Positions 1-10,897 of a DNA stretch of 64,000 nucleotides are shown here, piece by piece. The DNA comes from Alphaproteobacteria bacterium (lineage in GTDB: Bacteria; Pseudomonadota; Alphaproteobacteria; JABAAW01). The position numbers and the translations under genes were made by a program. The DNA lies in assembly GCA_965216605.1 (NCBI GenBank), contig CBDCGG010000002.1, positions 1,025,878 to 1,089,877 of the forward strand. The letters run 5' to 3'. The notes below the pieces were generated by a model that was not told the origin of the DNA, ran no database searches, and worked only from the letters and a program-made list of their open reading frames with translations. Position 1 is the stretch's first letter. Every line of letters starts with the position of its first letter.

Positions 1-940
1 CGTCGGCGACCGCCTGTCCGCTCATCGAGAGCGAATCGGTACGCATGTAGGTGATCGTTCCCGCCTCGTAGAGTTTTTGTGCGGCACGCATGGTGCGGGC
101 GGGCGAGAAACCGAGCTTGTTGGATGCCTCCTGCTGCAGCGTCGAGGTGATGAAGGGCGGCGAGGGATGCCGCTGCACACGCGAGGGTTTCACATCGGTT
201 GTGACATAACTACAGGCACTAACATGCTTTTTGATCGCCGCAGCCTTTTCCTTGCTGTCGATGGAGAGTTTGGAGAGTCGTTTCCCTTCGTACTTGACGA
301 GCTGTGCCAGCAGCGTGCCTTTGGGCGATTGCGCCTCGACCTGAACGCTCCAATACTCCTGAGCGACAAAGGCTTCGATCGCAGCCTGTCGCTCGCACAC
401 CATGCGCAAAGCTACCGATTGCACCCTTCCCGCCGAGCGTGCCCCCGGCAGCTTGCGCCACAGCAGCGGCGAGAGAGAAAAGCCAACAAGGTAATCTAAG
501 GCGCGTCGCGTTCGATAGGCATCGACCAAGTCTTCGTTCAACTGCGCACGCGCTTGCGTTAAGGCTTCGGTGATCGCGTCCTTTGTGATTTCGTGGAAGG
601 TGATGCGTGCAACATCGAGCTGCGCAAAGTTTTTACCCAAGCGTTCTTTCAGGATTTCGCGCAAGTGCCACGAGATCGCCTCGCCTTCGCGGTCGGGGTC
701 GGTCGCTAAATAGACGCGATCGACCTTCTCGACCGCTTTGAGTATCGGCGGCAATGCCTTCTGCGCGTTCTCCGTTTCCTGCCACAGCATGGCGAAGTCC
801 TTGTCCGTGTCGACCGAGCCCTTTTTGGCAGGCAAGTCGCGCACATGCCCGAAGCTGGCAAGCACGCGATAGCCCGCGCCCAAGTACTTGCTGACAGTCT
901 TCGCTTTGGCAGGCGACTCGACAATCACCAACGCGGACAT
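1..940 (-). CDS. topA: DNA topoisomerase I (5' part; runs off left edge)
   Basis: Manual translation from ATG at 940: MSALVIVESPAKAKTVSKYLG...GHVRDL...ATDPDREGEAI, the Toprim domain of type IA topoisomerases. Not in the ORF track because it is truncated. Confidence 0.95.
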   Translation of the reverse strand, partial: MSALVIVESPAKAKTVSKYLGAGYRVLASFGHVRDLPAKKGSVDTDKDFAMLWQETENAQKALPPILKAVEKVDRVYLATDPDREGEAISWHLREILKERLGKNFAQLDVARITFHEITKDAITEALTQARAQLNEDLVDAYRTRRALDYLVGFSLSPLLWRKLPGARSAGRVQSVALRMVCERQAAIEAFVAQEYWSVQVEAQSPKGTLLAQLVKYEGKRLSKLSIDSKEKAAAIKKHVSACSYVTTDVKPSRVQRHPSPPFITSTLQQEASNKLGFSPARTMRAAQKLYEAGTITYMRTDSLSMSGQAVAD

Positions 941-977
941 AAGACAAGGCTTGTGGGGTTAGGGAGGACTTGCGTGT

Positions 978-2930
978 TCAAGCGGCGATGAGCTCTTTGC
1001 GCGCTTGCACAAGTTCTTCCACGACCGAGGCATCGGCGAGCGTCGAGGTGTCGCCGATGTCGGTATATTCGTCTACGGCGACCTTGCGCAAGATGCGACG
1101 CATGATTTTTCCTGAGCGCGTTTTCGGCAGTGCCGGCGCCCATTGGATGGTGTCGGGAGCAGCGAAGGGGCCTATCTCTTTTCGCACGAGCGCGATCAAC
1201 TCCTGTCGCAAGGCATCGTTCGGCTCTTCCCCTGCGATCAGCGTCACATAGGCGTAGAGCCCTTCGCCTTTGCGTTCGTGCGGAAAGCCGATCACGGCGG
1301 CTTCGGCGACGCTTTTATGCAGCACGAGCGCGCTCTCCAACTCTGCCGTTCCCAGCCTGTGTCCCGACACATTGACGACATCGTCGGTTCTGCCCGTGAG
1401 CCAGTAGAATCCGTCCTCGTCGCGTCGTGCGCCGTCGCCGGTCGCGTAGAAACCTGCGAAGCTTTTGAAATAAGTATCGATGAAACGCGGATGGTCTTTG
1501 TAGACGGTGCGCATCTGCCCAGGCCAACTGCGCGCGATGCACAGGTTGCCTGAGGTAGCACCACTCAGCAGTGTACCTTGGTCGTCCAGCAGGACGGGCT
1601 CGATGCCGAACATCGGACGCGAGGCGGAACCGGGTTTCATCTTCGTCGCGCCGGGGATGGGCGCGATCATGGCGGCTCCCGTTTCCGTCTGCCACCAGGT
1701 ATCGATGATCGGACAGCGACTTTCGCCGACGACCTCGTAGTACCATCGCCAGGCTTCGGGGTTGATGGGCTCTCCTACGGTACCGAGCAGTTGTAGCGAC
1801 GAGCGACTAGTCGTGCGCACGAGGTCGTTGCCTGCTGCTGAGATGGCTCTGAGCGCAGTCGGCGCGGTGTAGAAGATGTTGACTTGGTATTTGTCGCAGA
1901 CTTGCCAAAAGCGGCTGAAGTCGGGGTAGTTCGGAACGCCCTCGAACATCACCGAGACCGCTCCGTTCGCCAGCGGAGCATAGACGATATAGCTGTGGCC
2001 GGTGACCCATCCAACATCCGCCGAGCACCAAAAAACATCTCCTTCGTGGTAATCGAAGACATACTTGTGCGTGAAGGTGGCATAGACGAGGTATCCTCCT
2101 GTAGTATGCAGGACACCTTTGGGTTTACCTGTAGAGCCAGAGGTATAGAGGATGAAGAGCGGATCTTCCGCGCTCATCTCTTCGGGAGGGCATTCGGCGG
2201 CAGCGTTGGCGAGGAGATCTTCGTAGTCGTGGTCTCTGCCCTCGTGCCAAGCGATCTTTGCGCGGGTTCTTCTGTAGACGATGACATTCTCTACGGTGGG
2301 ACATTGGGCGAGGGCTTTGTCCGTCGAGGCTTTGAGAGGAATCGTTTTGCCGCCGCGCAATCCTTCGTCGGCGGTGACGACGAGTTTCGCTGCGCAGTCT
2401 TGGATTCTGCCCGCGAGCGCTTCCGCGGAAAAGCCCGCGAAGACCACCGAGTGTACCGCTCCGATGCGTGCGCAGGCGAGCATGGCACAGGCGGCGGCGG
2501 GCACCATGGGCATGTAGATCGTAACGCGATCGCCTTTTTTGACACCAAGGCTTTTCATGGCGTTGGCGAGGCGGCACACCTCGTCGAGCAGGTCTTGGTA
2601 GGTGATCGTGCGCGAGGATTTGCCATCGTCGCTTTCCCACAGGAAGGCGGTTTGGCTCGCGCGTTGCGGCAGGTGTTTGTCCAGACAATTGGCGCAGACA
2701 TTCAGCGTGCCATCGTAGAACCATTTGATATGGAGATCTTTCGCATCGTAGGAGACATCTTTAACTTGCGTGAAGGGTTTCATCCATTGGACGAAGGTTG
2801 TCGCTTGTTCTTTCCAAAAGCCGTCGTTGTCTTCCAGCGAGCGGCGATAGAGGTCGCGGTATTGTTGCTCGTCCAAATGGGACTTGCGGGCGAAAGATTC
2901 GGGAACAGGATATTCGAGAGCTGCGGGCAT
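978..2930 (-). CDS. acs: Acetyl-CoA synthetase
   Basis: [14 protein letters not shown]-binding motif, [20 protein letters not shown]. Start taken at ATG 2930 after an AGGAGGGG RBS rather than the longer ORF start, which overlaps the tRNA. Confidence 0.95.
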   Translation of the reverse strand: MPAALEYPVPESFARKSHLDEQQYRDLYRRSLEDNDGFWKEQATTFVQWMKPFTQVKDVSYDAKDLHIKWFYDGTLNVCANCLDKHLPQRASQTAFLWESDDGKSSRTITYQDLLDEVCRLANAMKSLGVKKGDRVTIYMPMVPAAACAMLACARIGAVHSVVFAGFSAEALAGRIQDCAAKLVVTADEGLRGGKTIPLKASTDKALAQCPTVENVIVYRRTRAKIAWHEGRDHDYEDLLANAAAECPPEEMSAEDPLFILYTSGSTGKPKGVLHTTGGYLVYATFTHKYVFDYHEGDVFWCSADVGWVTGHSYIVYAPLANGAVSVMFEGVPNYPDFSRFWQVCDKYQVNIFYTAPTALRAISAAGNDLVRTTSRSSLQLLGTVGEPINPEAWRWYYEVVGESRCPIIDTWWQTETGAAMIAPIPGATKMKPGSASRPMFGIEPVLLDDQGTLLSGATSGNLCIARSWPGQMRTVYKDHPRFIDTYFKSFAGFYATGDGARRDEDGFYWLTGRTDDVVNVSGHRLGTAELESALVLHKSVAEAAVIGFPHERKGEGLYAYVTLIAGEEPNDALRQELIALVRKEIGPFAAPDTIQWAPALPKTRSGKIMRRILRKVAVDEYTDIGDTSTLADASVVEELVQARKELIAA

Positions 2931-3046
2931 GGATTCCCCTCCTAAATATAATTTTTTGGGGTGCAAAAATTCTGTGAAGGCGAGTCTAGTGGATTTTCGA
3001 TTTTTTGCAAGGGGTGTCTTGCGAGCTGTTAGGATGGGGGAGTATT

Positions 3047-3119
3047 GCGCTCGTAGCTCAGCGGATAGAGTATTGCCCTCCGAAGGCAAGGGTCGCAGGT
3101 TCGAATCCTGCCGAGCGCG
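3047..3119 (+). tRNA. tRNA-Arg(CCG)
   Basis: Acceptor GCGCTCG/CGAGCGC, anticodon arm TTGCC-CTCCGAA-GGCAA, T-loop GGTTCGAATCC; CCA not encoded. Confidence 0.95.
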
Positions 3120-3159
3120 TTCTTAACGACTTTCCACCTTTTCTGCTACACTCTCTCCC

Positions 3160-5844
3160 ATGCTCGCCCCCGCCCTCCTCAGCCTCTTCGGCTCTTCCAA
3201 CGAACGCTCCCTCAAAGCCTTCAAACCCCTCCTAACCCAAACTACCGCGCTCGCGCCCGACATACAAAAACTCTCCGACGCAGAAATTAAAGAAAGCATC
3301 CACAAACTCCAACGCCAACGCAAAGAAGGAACACCCCTCGATACCCTCCTCCCCCACACCTTCGCCCTCACCCGCGAAGCCGCAACGCGAACCCTCCAAC
3401 AAACACACTTCGATGTGCAAATCCTCGGCGGAATAACACTCCACAAAGGCAACATCGCCGAAATGAAAACAGGCGAAGGGAAAACACTCGTCGCAACGCT
3501 GCCCGCAGCCCTCAACGCCCTCGATAAAAAAGGCGTCCACATCGTCACCGTCAACGACTACCTCGCTAAACGAGACGCCGCGTGGATGGCGCGAGTCTTC
3601 AACGCACTCGGACTCTCAACAGGTTGCATCCACGCGGAGCTCTCCGACACCGAGCGACAACAACAATACAACGCCGATATCACATACGGAACAAACAACG
3701 AACTGGGTTTCGACTTCCTACGCGATAACCTCAAAATGCGCGTCGAAGATCAAGCGCAACGCGACTTCCACTACGCCATCGTCGACGAGGTCGACTCCAT
3801 CCTCATCGACGAAGCCCGAACGCCCCTCATCATCTCAGGTCCTGCACAACGCAATGTCGAAACCTACAGCCAAATCGATCGCCTCGTTTTAACGCTTACA
3901 CCCGAACACTACGAAAAAGACGAAAAACAACGAAGCATCTCGCTCACCGAAGAAGGCTCAGAGTTCTGCGAAAATCTCGTCTGCGAGAAAGGACTCGTCA
4001 CCGAAGGAACGCTCTATGATCTCCACAACATCAGCCTCGTCCACCAAATCACCCAAGCGCTAAAAGCACAACACCTCTTCCACAAAGATACCGACTACAT
4101 CGTCAAAGATCGCCAAGTCCTCATCATCGACGAATTCACAGGCAGAATCATGGATGGAAGACGCTATTCCGACGGACTGCATCAAGCCATCGAAGCCAAA
4201 GAAGCCGTGCCCGTGCAAAATGAAAACCAAACGCTTGCCTCCATCACCTTCCAAAACTATTTCCGAAACTACACAAAACTCGCCGGCATGACAGGTACCG
4301 CCATGACCGAAGCCTCCGAATTCTTCGAAATCTACGGACTGAACGTCGTCGCTATCGATACCCACAAACCCATGTGCCGCCAAGACGACAACGACGAAAT
4401 CTATCGCACGCGCGTCGAGCGCGACAAAGCCGTTGTGCGACAAATCCAACATTGCCATCAGACAAAGCAACCTGTTCTTATCGGAACTGTCTCGATCGAA
4501 AAATCCGAAGCCTTGTCGCAACAGCTGAAGAAGGCGCATGTCCCGCACCAAGTGCTGAACGCGCGCAGGCACGCGCAAGAAGCCCAAATCATCGAGCAGG
4601 CAGGGCGAGCGGGAGGTGTCACCATCGCCACCAACATGGCAGGACGCGGTACCGATATACAATTGGGCGGCAATCTTGATGCCATGCTCGCGCGATGCAA
4701 AAACGACGCTGCGCGAGAAAAAACGCTGCCTGAAATCCGCTCCAACGCCGAGCAAGTACGCAACGCAGGAGGGCTCTATATATTAGGCACAGAGCGACAC
4801 GAAAGCCGCCGCATCGACAATCAACTGCGAGGAAGGGCAGGGCGGCAGGGCGATCGGGGGCAATCGAAATTCTTCCTCAGCCTTGAAGACGATCTCATGC
4901 GCATCTTCGGCTCGAAAAGGCTGGACAACATGCTGCAAAAACTGGGCATCCGTCCTGAGGAAGCCATCTCGCATCCGTGGGTGAGCAAAGCCATCGAAAA
5001 GGCGCAGAAGAAAGTCGAAGAGCAAAACTTTGAAGTAAGAAAACAACTGCTCAAGTTCGACGATGTCACCAACGATCAACGCAAGATCGTATTCGCGCAA
5101 AGGCGAGCCTTTATGAACGAAGAAGAATCGCAAAGCGAGCTTGTCGAAGAGTTTCGCAAAGAGCTGCTCGACACGACGGTCGCGCGCGCCATCCCCGAAC
5201 GCGCCATGGCAGAGCAGTGGAACTTGCAGGGATTGCACGAAGAGGTTTTGCGCTTGTTCGCGCAAGACTTACCGATCGAGGCGTGGGCGAAAGAAGAGGG
5301 GGTTGCCGAAGAGGTTTTGAAAGAACGCATCGCCGATGCCGTGCGACGACGCACAGAGCAACAGAAAGCGCAAGTCTCGCAGCTCTTGATGCAGGAGGCT
5401 GAGCGCGCATTGCTGTTGCAAGTTCAAGACGCTCTGTGGAAGGAGCACTTGGGGCAGTTGGATCATTTACGACAGGGAATCGGATTGCGATCATACGGGC
5501 AGCAAGATCCTCTGAATGCCTATCGCAAGGAAGCCTTTAACCTCTTCGAGAGCATGCTGTGGTTGCTGAAGGAAAATGTTGTAGCCTTACTCTCGCGCCT
5601 GACCTTCGATATGGAGCGTCCTTCTCAAGGTCGGCAAAGGCGCAATGCTTCGCAAGACTCTAGACACGACTCTAATCAAGTCCTGCTGCAGCATAGGGGA
5701 GAGGGCAGAGGCGAGGCGCAGAGCAAAGGCGAGGGGGGAGACTCGACCTCGCCTGTTGTGAGGGGGGAGAAGGTGCGGCGCAATGCACCTTGTCCGTGCG
5801 GGTCGGGCAAGAAGTACAAGCATTGCCACGGACGCTTAACTTAG
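3160..5844 (+). CDS. secA: Preprotein translocase ATPase SecA
   Basis: EMKTGEGKT, DEVDSILIDEARTPLIISG, TNMAGRGTDI, C-terminal CPCGSGKKYKHCHG zinc finger. Confidence 0.98.
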   Translation: MLAPALLSLFGSSNERSLKAFKPLLTQTTALAPDIQKLSDAEIKESIHKLQRQRKEGTPLDTLLPHTFALTREAATRTLQQTHFDVQILGGITLHKGNIAEMKTGEGKTLVATLPAALNALDKKGVHIVTVNDYLAKRDAAWMARVFNALGLSTGCIHAELSDTERQQQYNADITYGTNNELGFDFLRDNLKMRVEDQAQRDFHYAIVDEVDSILIDEARTPLIISGPAQRNVETYSQIDRLVLTLTPEHYEKDEKQRSISLTEEGSEFCENLVCEKGLVTEGTLYDLHNISLVHQITQALKAQHLFHKDTDYIVKDRQVLIIDEFTGRIMDGRRYSDGLHQAIEAKEAVPVQNENQTLASITFQNYFRNYTKLAGMTGTAMTEASEFFEIYGLNVVAIDTHKPMCRQDDNDEIYRTRVERDKAVVRQIQHCHQTKQPVLIGTVSIEKSEALSQQLKKAHVPHQVLNARRHAQEAQIIEQAGRAGGVTIATNMAGRGTDIQLGGNLDAMLARCKNDAAREKTLPEIRSNAEQVRNAGGLYILGTERHESRRIDNQLRGRAGRQGDRGQSKFFLSLEDDLMRIFGSKRLDNMLQKLGIRPEEAISHPWVSKAIEKAQKKVEEQNFEVRKQLLKFDDVTNDQRKIVFAQRRAFMNEEESQSELVEEFRKELLDTTVARAIPERAMAEQWNLQGLHEEVLRLFAQDLPIEAWAKEEGVAEEVLKERIADAVRRRTEQQKAQVSQLLMQEAERALLLQVQDALWKEHLGQLDHLRQGIGLRSYGQQDPLNAYRKEAFNLFESMLWLLKENVVALLSRLTFDMERPSQGRQRRNASQDSRHDSNQVLLQHRGEGRGEAQSKGEGGDSTSPVVRGEKVRRNAPCPCGSGKKYKHCHGRLT

Positions 5845-5893
5845 AGATTGGGTTTGGCGCGCGGGCAAGGGAAAGGGTTAGGAGTAGCAGGCG

Positions 5894-6640
5894 ATGTTTT
5901 CTAGCAGAAAAAAGGAGAAGGTAAGAATCGATGATTCTTTTCGCTCAGTTAACTACGACGAGCGTGGGGTTCGTGTTTCTGCGTTAGTTTTTCATTATAC
6001 GGGGATGCGCTCCGAGGCTGCTGCTTTGGATAGGTTATGCGATGGGGAGTGCGAGAATCGTGTTTCGGCGCATTATGTAGTTTCTCAGGAGGGGGTTGTG
6101 TATGGGCTGGTCGATGAGCGGTATCGCGCTTGGCATGCGGGGGTAGGTTATTGGCGGGGGTGTCGAGATCTCAACGATTGTTCTATTGGGATTGAGGTTG
6201 TGAATCCTGGACATGAGTTTGGCTATTGTGAATTCCCTAGATGTCAGATGGAGGCGGTGTTGGGGTTATCTTTGGATATTGTTAGGCGGTATAGAATTTT
6301 GTCGCCGTGGATTTTGGGACACTCGGATATTTCGGTGGGTAGGAAGAGGGATCCTGGCGAGTTATTTGACTGGCGTTATTTAGCTGAGGGGGGGGTTGGT
6401 TTTTTTCCTAACAAGGCGACGGAGGAAGATAATAATAATGGAGTTAATGGTATAGAGAGGCGGATGGGTGTTTTGTTGGGGATGATGGGTTATGATTGTG
6501 GAGTTGGGGATGGAGTTGGATTGGGGGATTGTGTGGAGGCTTTTCAGCGGAGATGGCGTGTGGGGAGGGTAGATGGGGTTGTGGATGGGGAGTGTGTGGG
6601 GATTGCGGAGGGGGTGTTGCGGGGATGGGGTGAGTTATAG
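5894..6640 (+). CDS. N-acetylmuramoyl-L-alanine amidase (AmpD/AmiD family, with C-terminal peptidoglycan-binding-like region)
   Basis: VFHYTGM, VSAHYVV, RAWHAG, SIGIE, GHSDI...RKRDPG motifs. Confidence 0.9.
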   Translation: MFSSRKKEKVRIDDSFRSVNYDERGVRVSALVFHYTGMRSEAAALDRLCDGECENRVSAHYVVSQEGVVYGLVDERYRAWHAGVGYWRGCRDLNDCSIGIEVVNPGHEFGYCEFPRCQMEAVLGLSLDIVRRYRILSPWILGHSDISVGRKRDPGELFDWRYLAEGGVGFFPNKATEEDNNNGVNGIERRMGVLLGMMGYDCGVGDGVGLGDCVEAFQRRWRVGRVDGVVDGECVGIAEGVLRGWGEL

Positions 6641-6666
6641 TTTTTTATATTTTTATATGCATGGTA

Positions 6667-7180
6667 TGTCTGCCTTTGCTTGCTTGCTCATGGGCGCGCT
6701 CTTTTGATTAGGTAGCATACGCAAGACGAGCGAGCCGTAGGCGAAGTGAGTTTTGCGCATGGGGGGTGTGGGGGGACGAAGTTCCCCCGCAAAAGACCCC
6801 GCGTCAGCGGAGCGCACGAAGTGCGTATCTACGCGCGGGAGAATTTTCTACGCACTCGCGCGACGATCTAGCGCGAGATGCGTAGCCTCTTATTCAAAAG
6901 CGCATTGCGAAGCAATGCGCAAGCTGACTCGTAACGCGGTAGAGTGTGTCTGTTCTGCGTGGGCGTGTCTGCCTTTGCTCGCCTGCGCTTTATGAGGAGC
7001 GCGCATCGCAAAGGCAGACACGGGCTTTATCTACGCGCAAAGCGCGTAGCCTCTTGTTACCAAAGCGCGTTTCGCAGAAACGCGCAAGCTGACTCGTAAC
7101 ACGGTAGGGCGATGAGTTTGTTGCCTATCTGTTGCGCTCGTGCTCATGCTTTTTAATGGCACGCTCTCGCGCAACAGATG
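6667..7180. repeat. Modular palindromic repeat cluster L1 (forward orientation, pointing toward cargo)
   Basis: Blocks shared near-identically with 10613, 35142 and 44084: GTCTGCCTTTGC..GCAAAGGCAGAC; GACGAAGTTCCCCCGCAAAAGACCCCGCGTCAGCGGAGCGC; two copies of GCGTAGCCTCTTATTCAAAAGCGC-hairpin-AAGCTGACTCGTAAC; ATCTGTTGCGC..GCGCAACAGAT. Confidence 0.92.
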
Positions 7181-7193
7181 CATTTTAATTTTT

Positions 7194-8276
7194 TTAATTA
7201 TCAATTTTAACTTCTTTTATGTCCCAATTTTTAATTTTAAGTTTTGTTTGGTCATTAGTTGTATCAAGAACCTTATTCGCTCTTGATAAAAATTTTCCTT
7301 GATAATTTTCATTATCTTTAACTAAACGATAGAACGTATCCCAGTCGACTTCTTCACGCTCTTTGGCAGGAATCAAGATTTGACCTTCAGATGATTTTTT
7401 ACGGTCAAGGCGAATTACGCCAACGCCATGAAGGTTTGCTAGTCGGCGAAGTTCTTGGGAAGTTTCTTCGTCGCCAATCTTGCCAGTGGCAAGATAGGCA
7501 AAGTTTGCCCAAAAAGAATTGGCTACCGTTTGAAAAAACGATTGCCTTATATTACTTTGATTGATCTCATTTTTTACTTCAAATGACCAAAATTTAAATC
7601 GTTTGTAACCAAGCCCTCGCATAAGGCTTACAATTTCATTTCCCGAAAAATTTTCTTGCATATCTTGCAAACCAACCACGTCTGGATAACGCCATTTATT
7701 AAACCCAGCCACTTGACCTGTGTTGCCAGAATGAGGTATATGACGGCTGTATACTTTATATCCAGACGAGTGATACATATATTCTGCTAGCACAGGGTAA
7801 AGCTCTTTTTCAAGTTTCCTTTCTTGTTCTTCTATTTCTTTTCTTTCTTGTTCTTCTCTTCTTTGCTTTTCATTTTCTTGTTTTAATTTACCTTGCTCCC
7901 TCCTATTCTGTTCTCCCTTATCTTCTGCTTTTTTAATTGTAACTTCGGCATCAGTATAATAAAGAAATTTTTTCTTTTGACTGTCGCGCAAAGAAAATAG
8001 GCGAGGTCGTACAGTTGGATCAACTTGCAAGTCAGGATGTTTTTCCTTGAATTTATCAAAGGAATTGTTTGTTGATATTTCTCTCCTAATTTGATGAATC
8101 AAACCTTCATCATCAAAGTTTGATTTGGTTTTTTTTGCTTGTGCATATTTTGGATTATGAACGACAATACGATAAGCAATTGTCATCGCGTCCAGTTCAC
8201 TAGTCGCATCTTCCTTTTGCGCATCAAGAAGAACATTGTAAAACATATCTGCTAGAAGAGTTTGTTTTTTAGCCAT
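7194..8276 (-). CDS. AT-rich COG2958/HrgA-like putative restriction-type endonuclease with N-terminal HTH-like region
   Basis: NKWRYPDVVG...WSFEVKNEINQSNIRQSFFQTVANSFWANFAYL resembles the PD-(D/E)xK COG2958 family from memory; charged coiled-coil linker; much lower GC than the flanks. Confidence 0.7.
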   Translation of the reverse strand: MAKKQTLLADMFYNVLLDAQKEDATSELDAMTIAYRIVVHNPKYAQAKKTKSNFDDEGLIHQIRREISTNNSFDKFKEKHPDLQVDPTVRPRLFSLRDSQKKKFLYYTDAEVTIKKAEDKGEQNRREQGKLKQENEKQRREEQERKEIEEQERKLEKELYPVLAEYMYHSSGYKVYSRHIPHSGNTGQVAGFNKWRYPDVVGLQDMQENFSGNEIVSLMRGLGYKRFKFWSFEVKNEINQSNIRQSFFQTVANSFWANFAYLATGKIGDEETSQELRRLANLHGVGVIRLDRKKSSEGQILIPAKEREEVDWDTFYRLVKDNENYQGKFLSRANKVLDTTNDQTKLKIKNWDIKEVKIDN

Positions 8277-8316
8277 AATCGCATCCTTTCGTTAGGGTTG
8301 TTTTCGTGAAAGAAGC

Positions 8317-8345
8317 ATGCTAGCAAAGCAAAACAGCCTCGTCAA
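8317..8345 (-). promoter_or_regulatory. Sigma70-type promoter for the 7194-8276 gene
   Basis: TTGACG-N17-TAGCAT on the minus strand, followed by an AAAGGA RBS before ATG 8276. Confidence 0.6.
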
Positions 8346-8357
8346 TCTTTTTTACCG

Positions 8358-8590
8358 TATCTGTTGCGCTACATTATTGACGCACACGGCAAGCCGTGTG
8401 CTATGGTGCTCCGCTGACGCGTGGTCTTTTGCGGGGGAACTTCGTCTGCTCTAAGCTACGCTCGCTCGCTTTGCTCGCTCCGCCACTCGCCTCTCGCCTC
8501 GCTTTTTTACGAGGCGAGCAAGACGGCTCTTGCCCCATGCGCAAAACTCTCTTCGCCCAAAAATAATCTTAAGGCTCGCTCGTCTTGCGT
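8358..8590. repeat. Repeat cluster R1 (reverse orientation)
   Basis: Reverse complements of L-type blocks: GCACACGGCAAGCCGTGTGCTATGG..CCGCTGACGCGTGGTCTTTTGCGGGGGAACTTCGTC and CCCCATGCGCAAAACTC..GGCTCGCTCGTCTTGCGT. Confidence 0.88.
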
Positions 8591-8670
8591 TTTTCCATCA
8601 ATACAAAAACGCCCGTCAATTTCTTCTAGAAACCCCTTGACTCCCTCCTCCCCCCCTGCTATCCTGCCCC

Positions 8671-9106
8671 TGCAGGCGGTCGGGCGAACGCGTGCGTCCC
8701 TTAACTCCCTTAAGAAAGACGCACGAGGAAAGTCCGGGCTCCACGAAGCATTGATGCCGGATAACCCCCGGCGAGCAAGTCCACAAAACAAGCTTAGGGA
8801 AAGCGCCACAGAAAATATACCGCCTCAATCATAAGATAGATGCCTCGCGTATCCATCTTTGAAAAAGGTAAGGGTGAAATGGTGCGGTAAAAGCGCACCG
8901 CGCGTTCGGGTAACCAACGCGGCAAGGCAAGCCCCATCAGGAGCAAGACCACTCGACGCAACCTCCCCAAAAGAGGAAATTCGGCTTCGGATGCGTCGAA
9001 GGCAGTCGCAAGAGGTGGCGAGTAATCGCTACCCTAGATGAATGTTCGCCTCGCACAAGGACATCGCGTCCCGCGAAACAGAACCCGGCTTACTAGACCG
9101 CCTGCA
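8671..9106 (+). ncRNA. rnpB: RNase P RNA (bacterial type A)
   Basis: GAGGAAAGTCCGGGCTCC near 8726, GGTGCGGTAAAAGCGCACC, 3' ACAGAACCCGGCTTA; P1 ends TGCAGGCGGTC/GACCGCCTGCA pair. Confidence 0.95.
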
Positions 9107-9174
9107 ACCTCATCTTATCCCCACCCTCATAAACTCTCCTTGCACTTCTCTTCCGCCAACTCTATAGTAGACGC

Positions 9175-10485
9175 ATGTCCCAAGACTCCTCCCCCGAAGA
9201 CTCCGTTTCCCTGAAAGACGAGCGTAGCGGAAAAACTATCCGCCTGCCCGTGCACAACGGAACGCAAGGTGCACCCGTCGTAGATATCTCAAGACTGCAC
9301 GCAGAACTCGGATACTACACCTACGACCCAGGATACGGCGCAACAGGTAGCTGCTCCTCCGCCATTACCTTCATCGACGGCGACAAAGGCGTGCTCATGC
9401 ACCGCGGATACGAAATAGAAGAGCTCGCCTTCAAAAGCGACTACCTCGAAGTCTGCTACCTCCTGCTCAACGGCGAGCTCCCGAATAAAATCCAAAAAGA
9501 AGAATTCTGCCAAATCATCCGAAACCACACCATGCTGCACGACCAAATACAGTACTTCTTCCGAGGATTCCGAAGAGACGCACATCCCATGGCTATCATG
9601 GTCGCCGTCGTCGGAGCGCTCTCCGCCTTCTATCACGACTCGCTAGATATTCAAGACGCAGAACAACGCAAACTCGCCTCTATCCGAATGATCGCTAAAA
9701 TGCCAACCATCGCAGCGCAAGTCTACAAGTACACCATCGGACAACCCTTCGTCTCGCCGCGCAACGACTTGGGCTATGTAGAAAACTTTCTGAATATGAC
9801 CTTCTCCGTGCCTGCCGAAAACTACAAGGCAGATCCCACCGTCGTGCACGCCTTAGAGCAAATCTTTATCCTACACGCCGATCACGAGCAGAACGCATCT
9901 ACCTCGACAGTGCGATTGGCGGGCTCGTCGGGAGCCAATCCCTTTGCTTGTATTGCGGCGGGTATCTCCTCGTTGTGGGGACCAGCGCACGGAGGGGCGA
10001 ACGAAGCGGTGCTGAAGATGTTGGCAGACATGCAGGATACCTCGCGTATTCCTGAATTTCTCGCGCGAGCAAAGGACAAGGACGATCCCTTTCGCTTGAT
10101 GGGATTCGGGCATCGTGTCTACAAGAACTACGATCCTCGTGCTGCAGTGTTGCGAAAATGCACGGAGGGTGTTTTGCGCTCTATGGGCGTTGAGCGCGAG
10201 CCCTTGTTCGAGCGCGCGCGCGCTTTGGAGAAGATGGCTTTGGAGGACAAGTATTTTGTCGAGCGCAAGTTGTTTCCGAATGTTGATTTTTATTCGGGCA
10301 TTTTATTGCGTGCGATGGGTTTTCCGACAAGTATGTTTACGGTGTTGTTTGCTTTGGCGCGCACGGTGGGCTGGGTTGCGCAGTGGCGTGAGATGGTGGA
10401 AGATCCTTCGGCGCGTATTGGCAGACCGAGACAATTGTATTGTGGTAAGACGAAGCGTCCTTTTGTGGATTTGGAAAAAAGGTAG
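9175..10485 (+). CDS. gltA: Citrate synthase (type I)
   Basis: [49 protein letters not shown]. Confidence 0.97.
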   Translation: MSQDSSPEDSVSLKDERSGKTIRLPVHNGTQGAPVVDISRLHAELGYYTYDPGYGATGSCSSAITFIDGDKGVLMHRGYEIEELAFKSDYLEVCYLLLNGELPNKIQKEEFCQIIRNHTMLHDQIQYFFRGFRRDAHPMAIMVAVVGALSAFYHDSLDIQDAEQRKLASIRMIAKMPTIAAQVYKYTIGQPFVSPRNDLGYVENFLNMTFSVPAENYKADPTVVHALEQIFILHADHEQNASTSTVRLAGSSGANPFACIAAGISSLWGPAHGGANEAVLKMLADMQDTSRIPEFLARAKDKDDPFRLMGFGHRVYKNYDPRAAVLRKCTEGVLRSMGVEREPLFERARALEKMALEDKYFVERKLFPNVDFYSGILLRAMGFPTSMFTVLFALARTVGWVAQWREMVEDPSARIGRPRQLYCGKTKRPFVDLEKR

Positions 10486-10612
10486 ATTCTTTCAAGGTCT
10501 TGTATATTTCAATTGATGGAAATACCTCGCGCACATGGAACGCGCGGATAGTTTTTACGGATGCAGGGCATGCGCATGCGCTAATCTTTCGTTGATGCGT
10601 AGAAGTGTTGTT

Positions 10613-10897
10613 GCGGGGAGCGCGAGGGAGTAATCCCTCGCAAAAGACCCCGCGTCAGCGGAGCGCCATAGCACACGGCTTGCCGTGTGCGTCCATGATA
10701 TATTGGTGCGCTTTATCTACGCACGGGGGAATTTATCCCAACGCGCTCGCGGAACAGATATGCGCCTTCTACGCGCGTAGCGCGTAGCCTCGTATTCAAA
10801 AGCGCGAGGCTTTGCCTCGCGCAAGCTGACTCACAACATGGCACAGCGATTCTGTTTTCCTCGTCCTAGAGATAAAAAAATCGCGCGGAGCGCGTCG
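10613..10897. repeat. Repeat cluster L2 (forward)
   Basis: GCGGGGAGCGCGAGGGAGTAATCCCTCGCAAAAGACCCCGCGTCAGCGGAGCGCCATAGCACACGGCTTGCCGTGTGCGTCC matches 44138 onward; its inner end abuts the stop codon at 10898-10900. Confidence 0.92.

Noticed and set aside
1884-2945. Long antisense or overlapping ORFs (for example 1884-2945, 18366-19529, 27488-28759, 50561-51463, 60332-61033)
   Set aside because: Shadows of well-supported genes in GC-rich DNA, with no motifs or RBS.
6753-6995. Small ORFs inside repeat clusters (also 10605, 35304, 44051, 45471, 36991)
   Set aside because: Their shared peptide text (QKTPRQRSAIAHGLPCAS) only reflects the DNA repeat; frames and lengths are inconsistent between copies.
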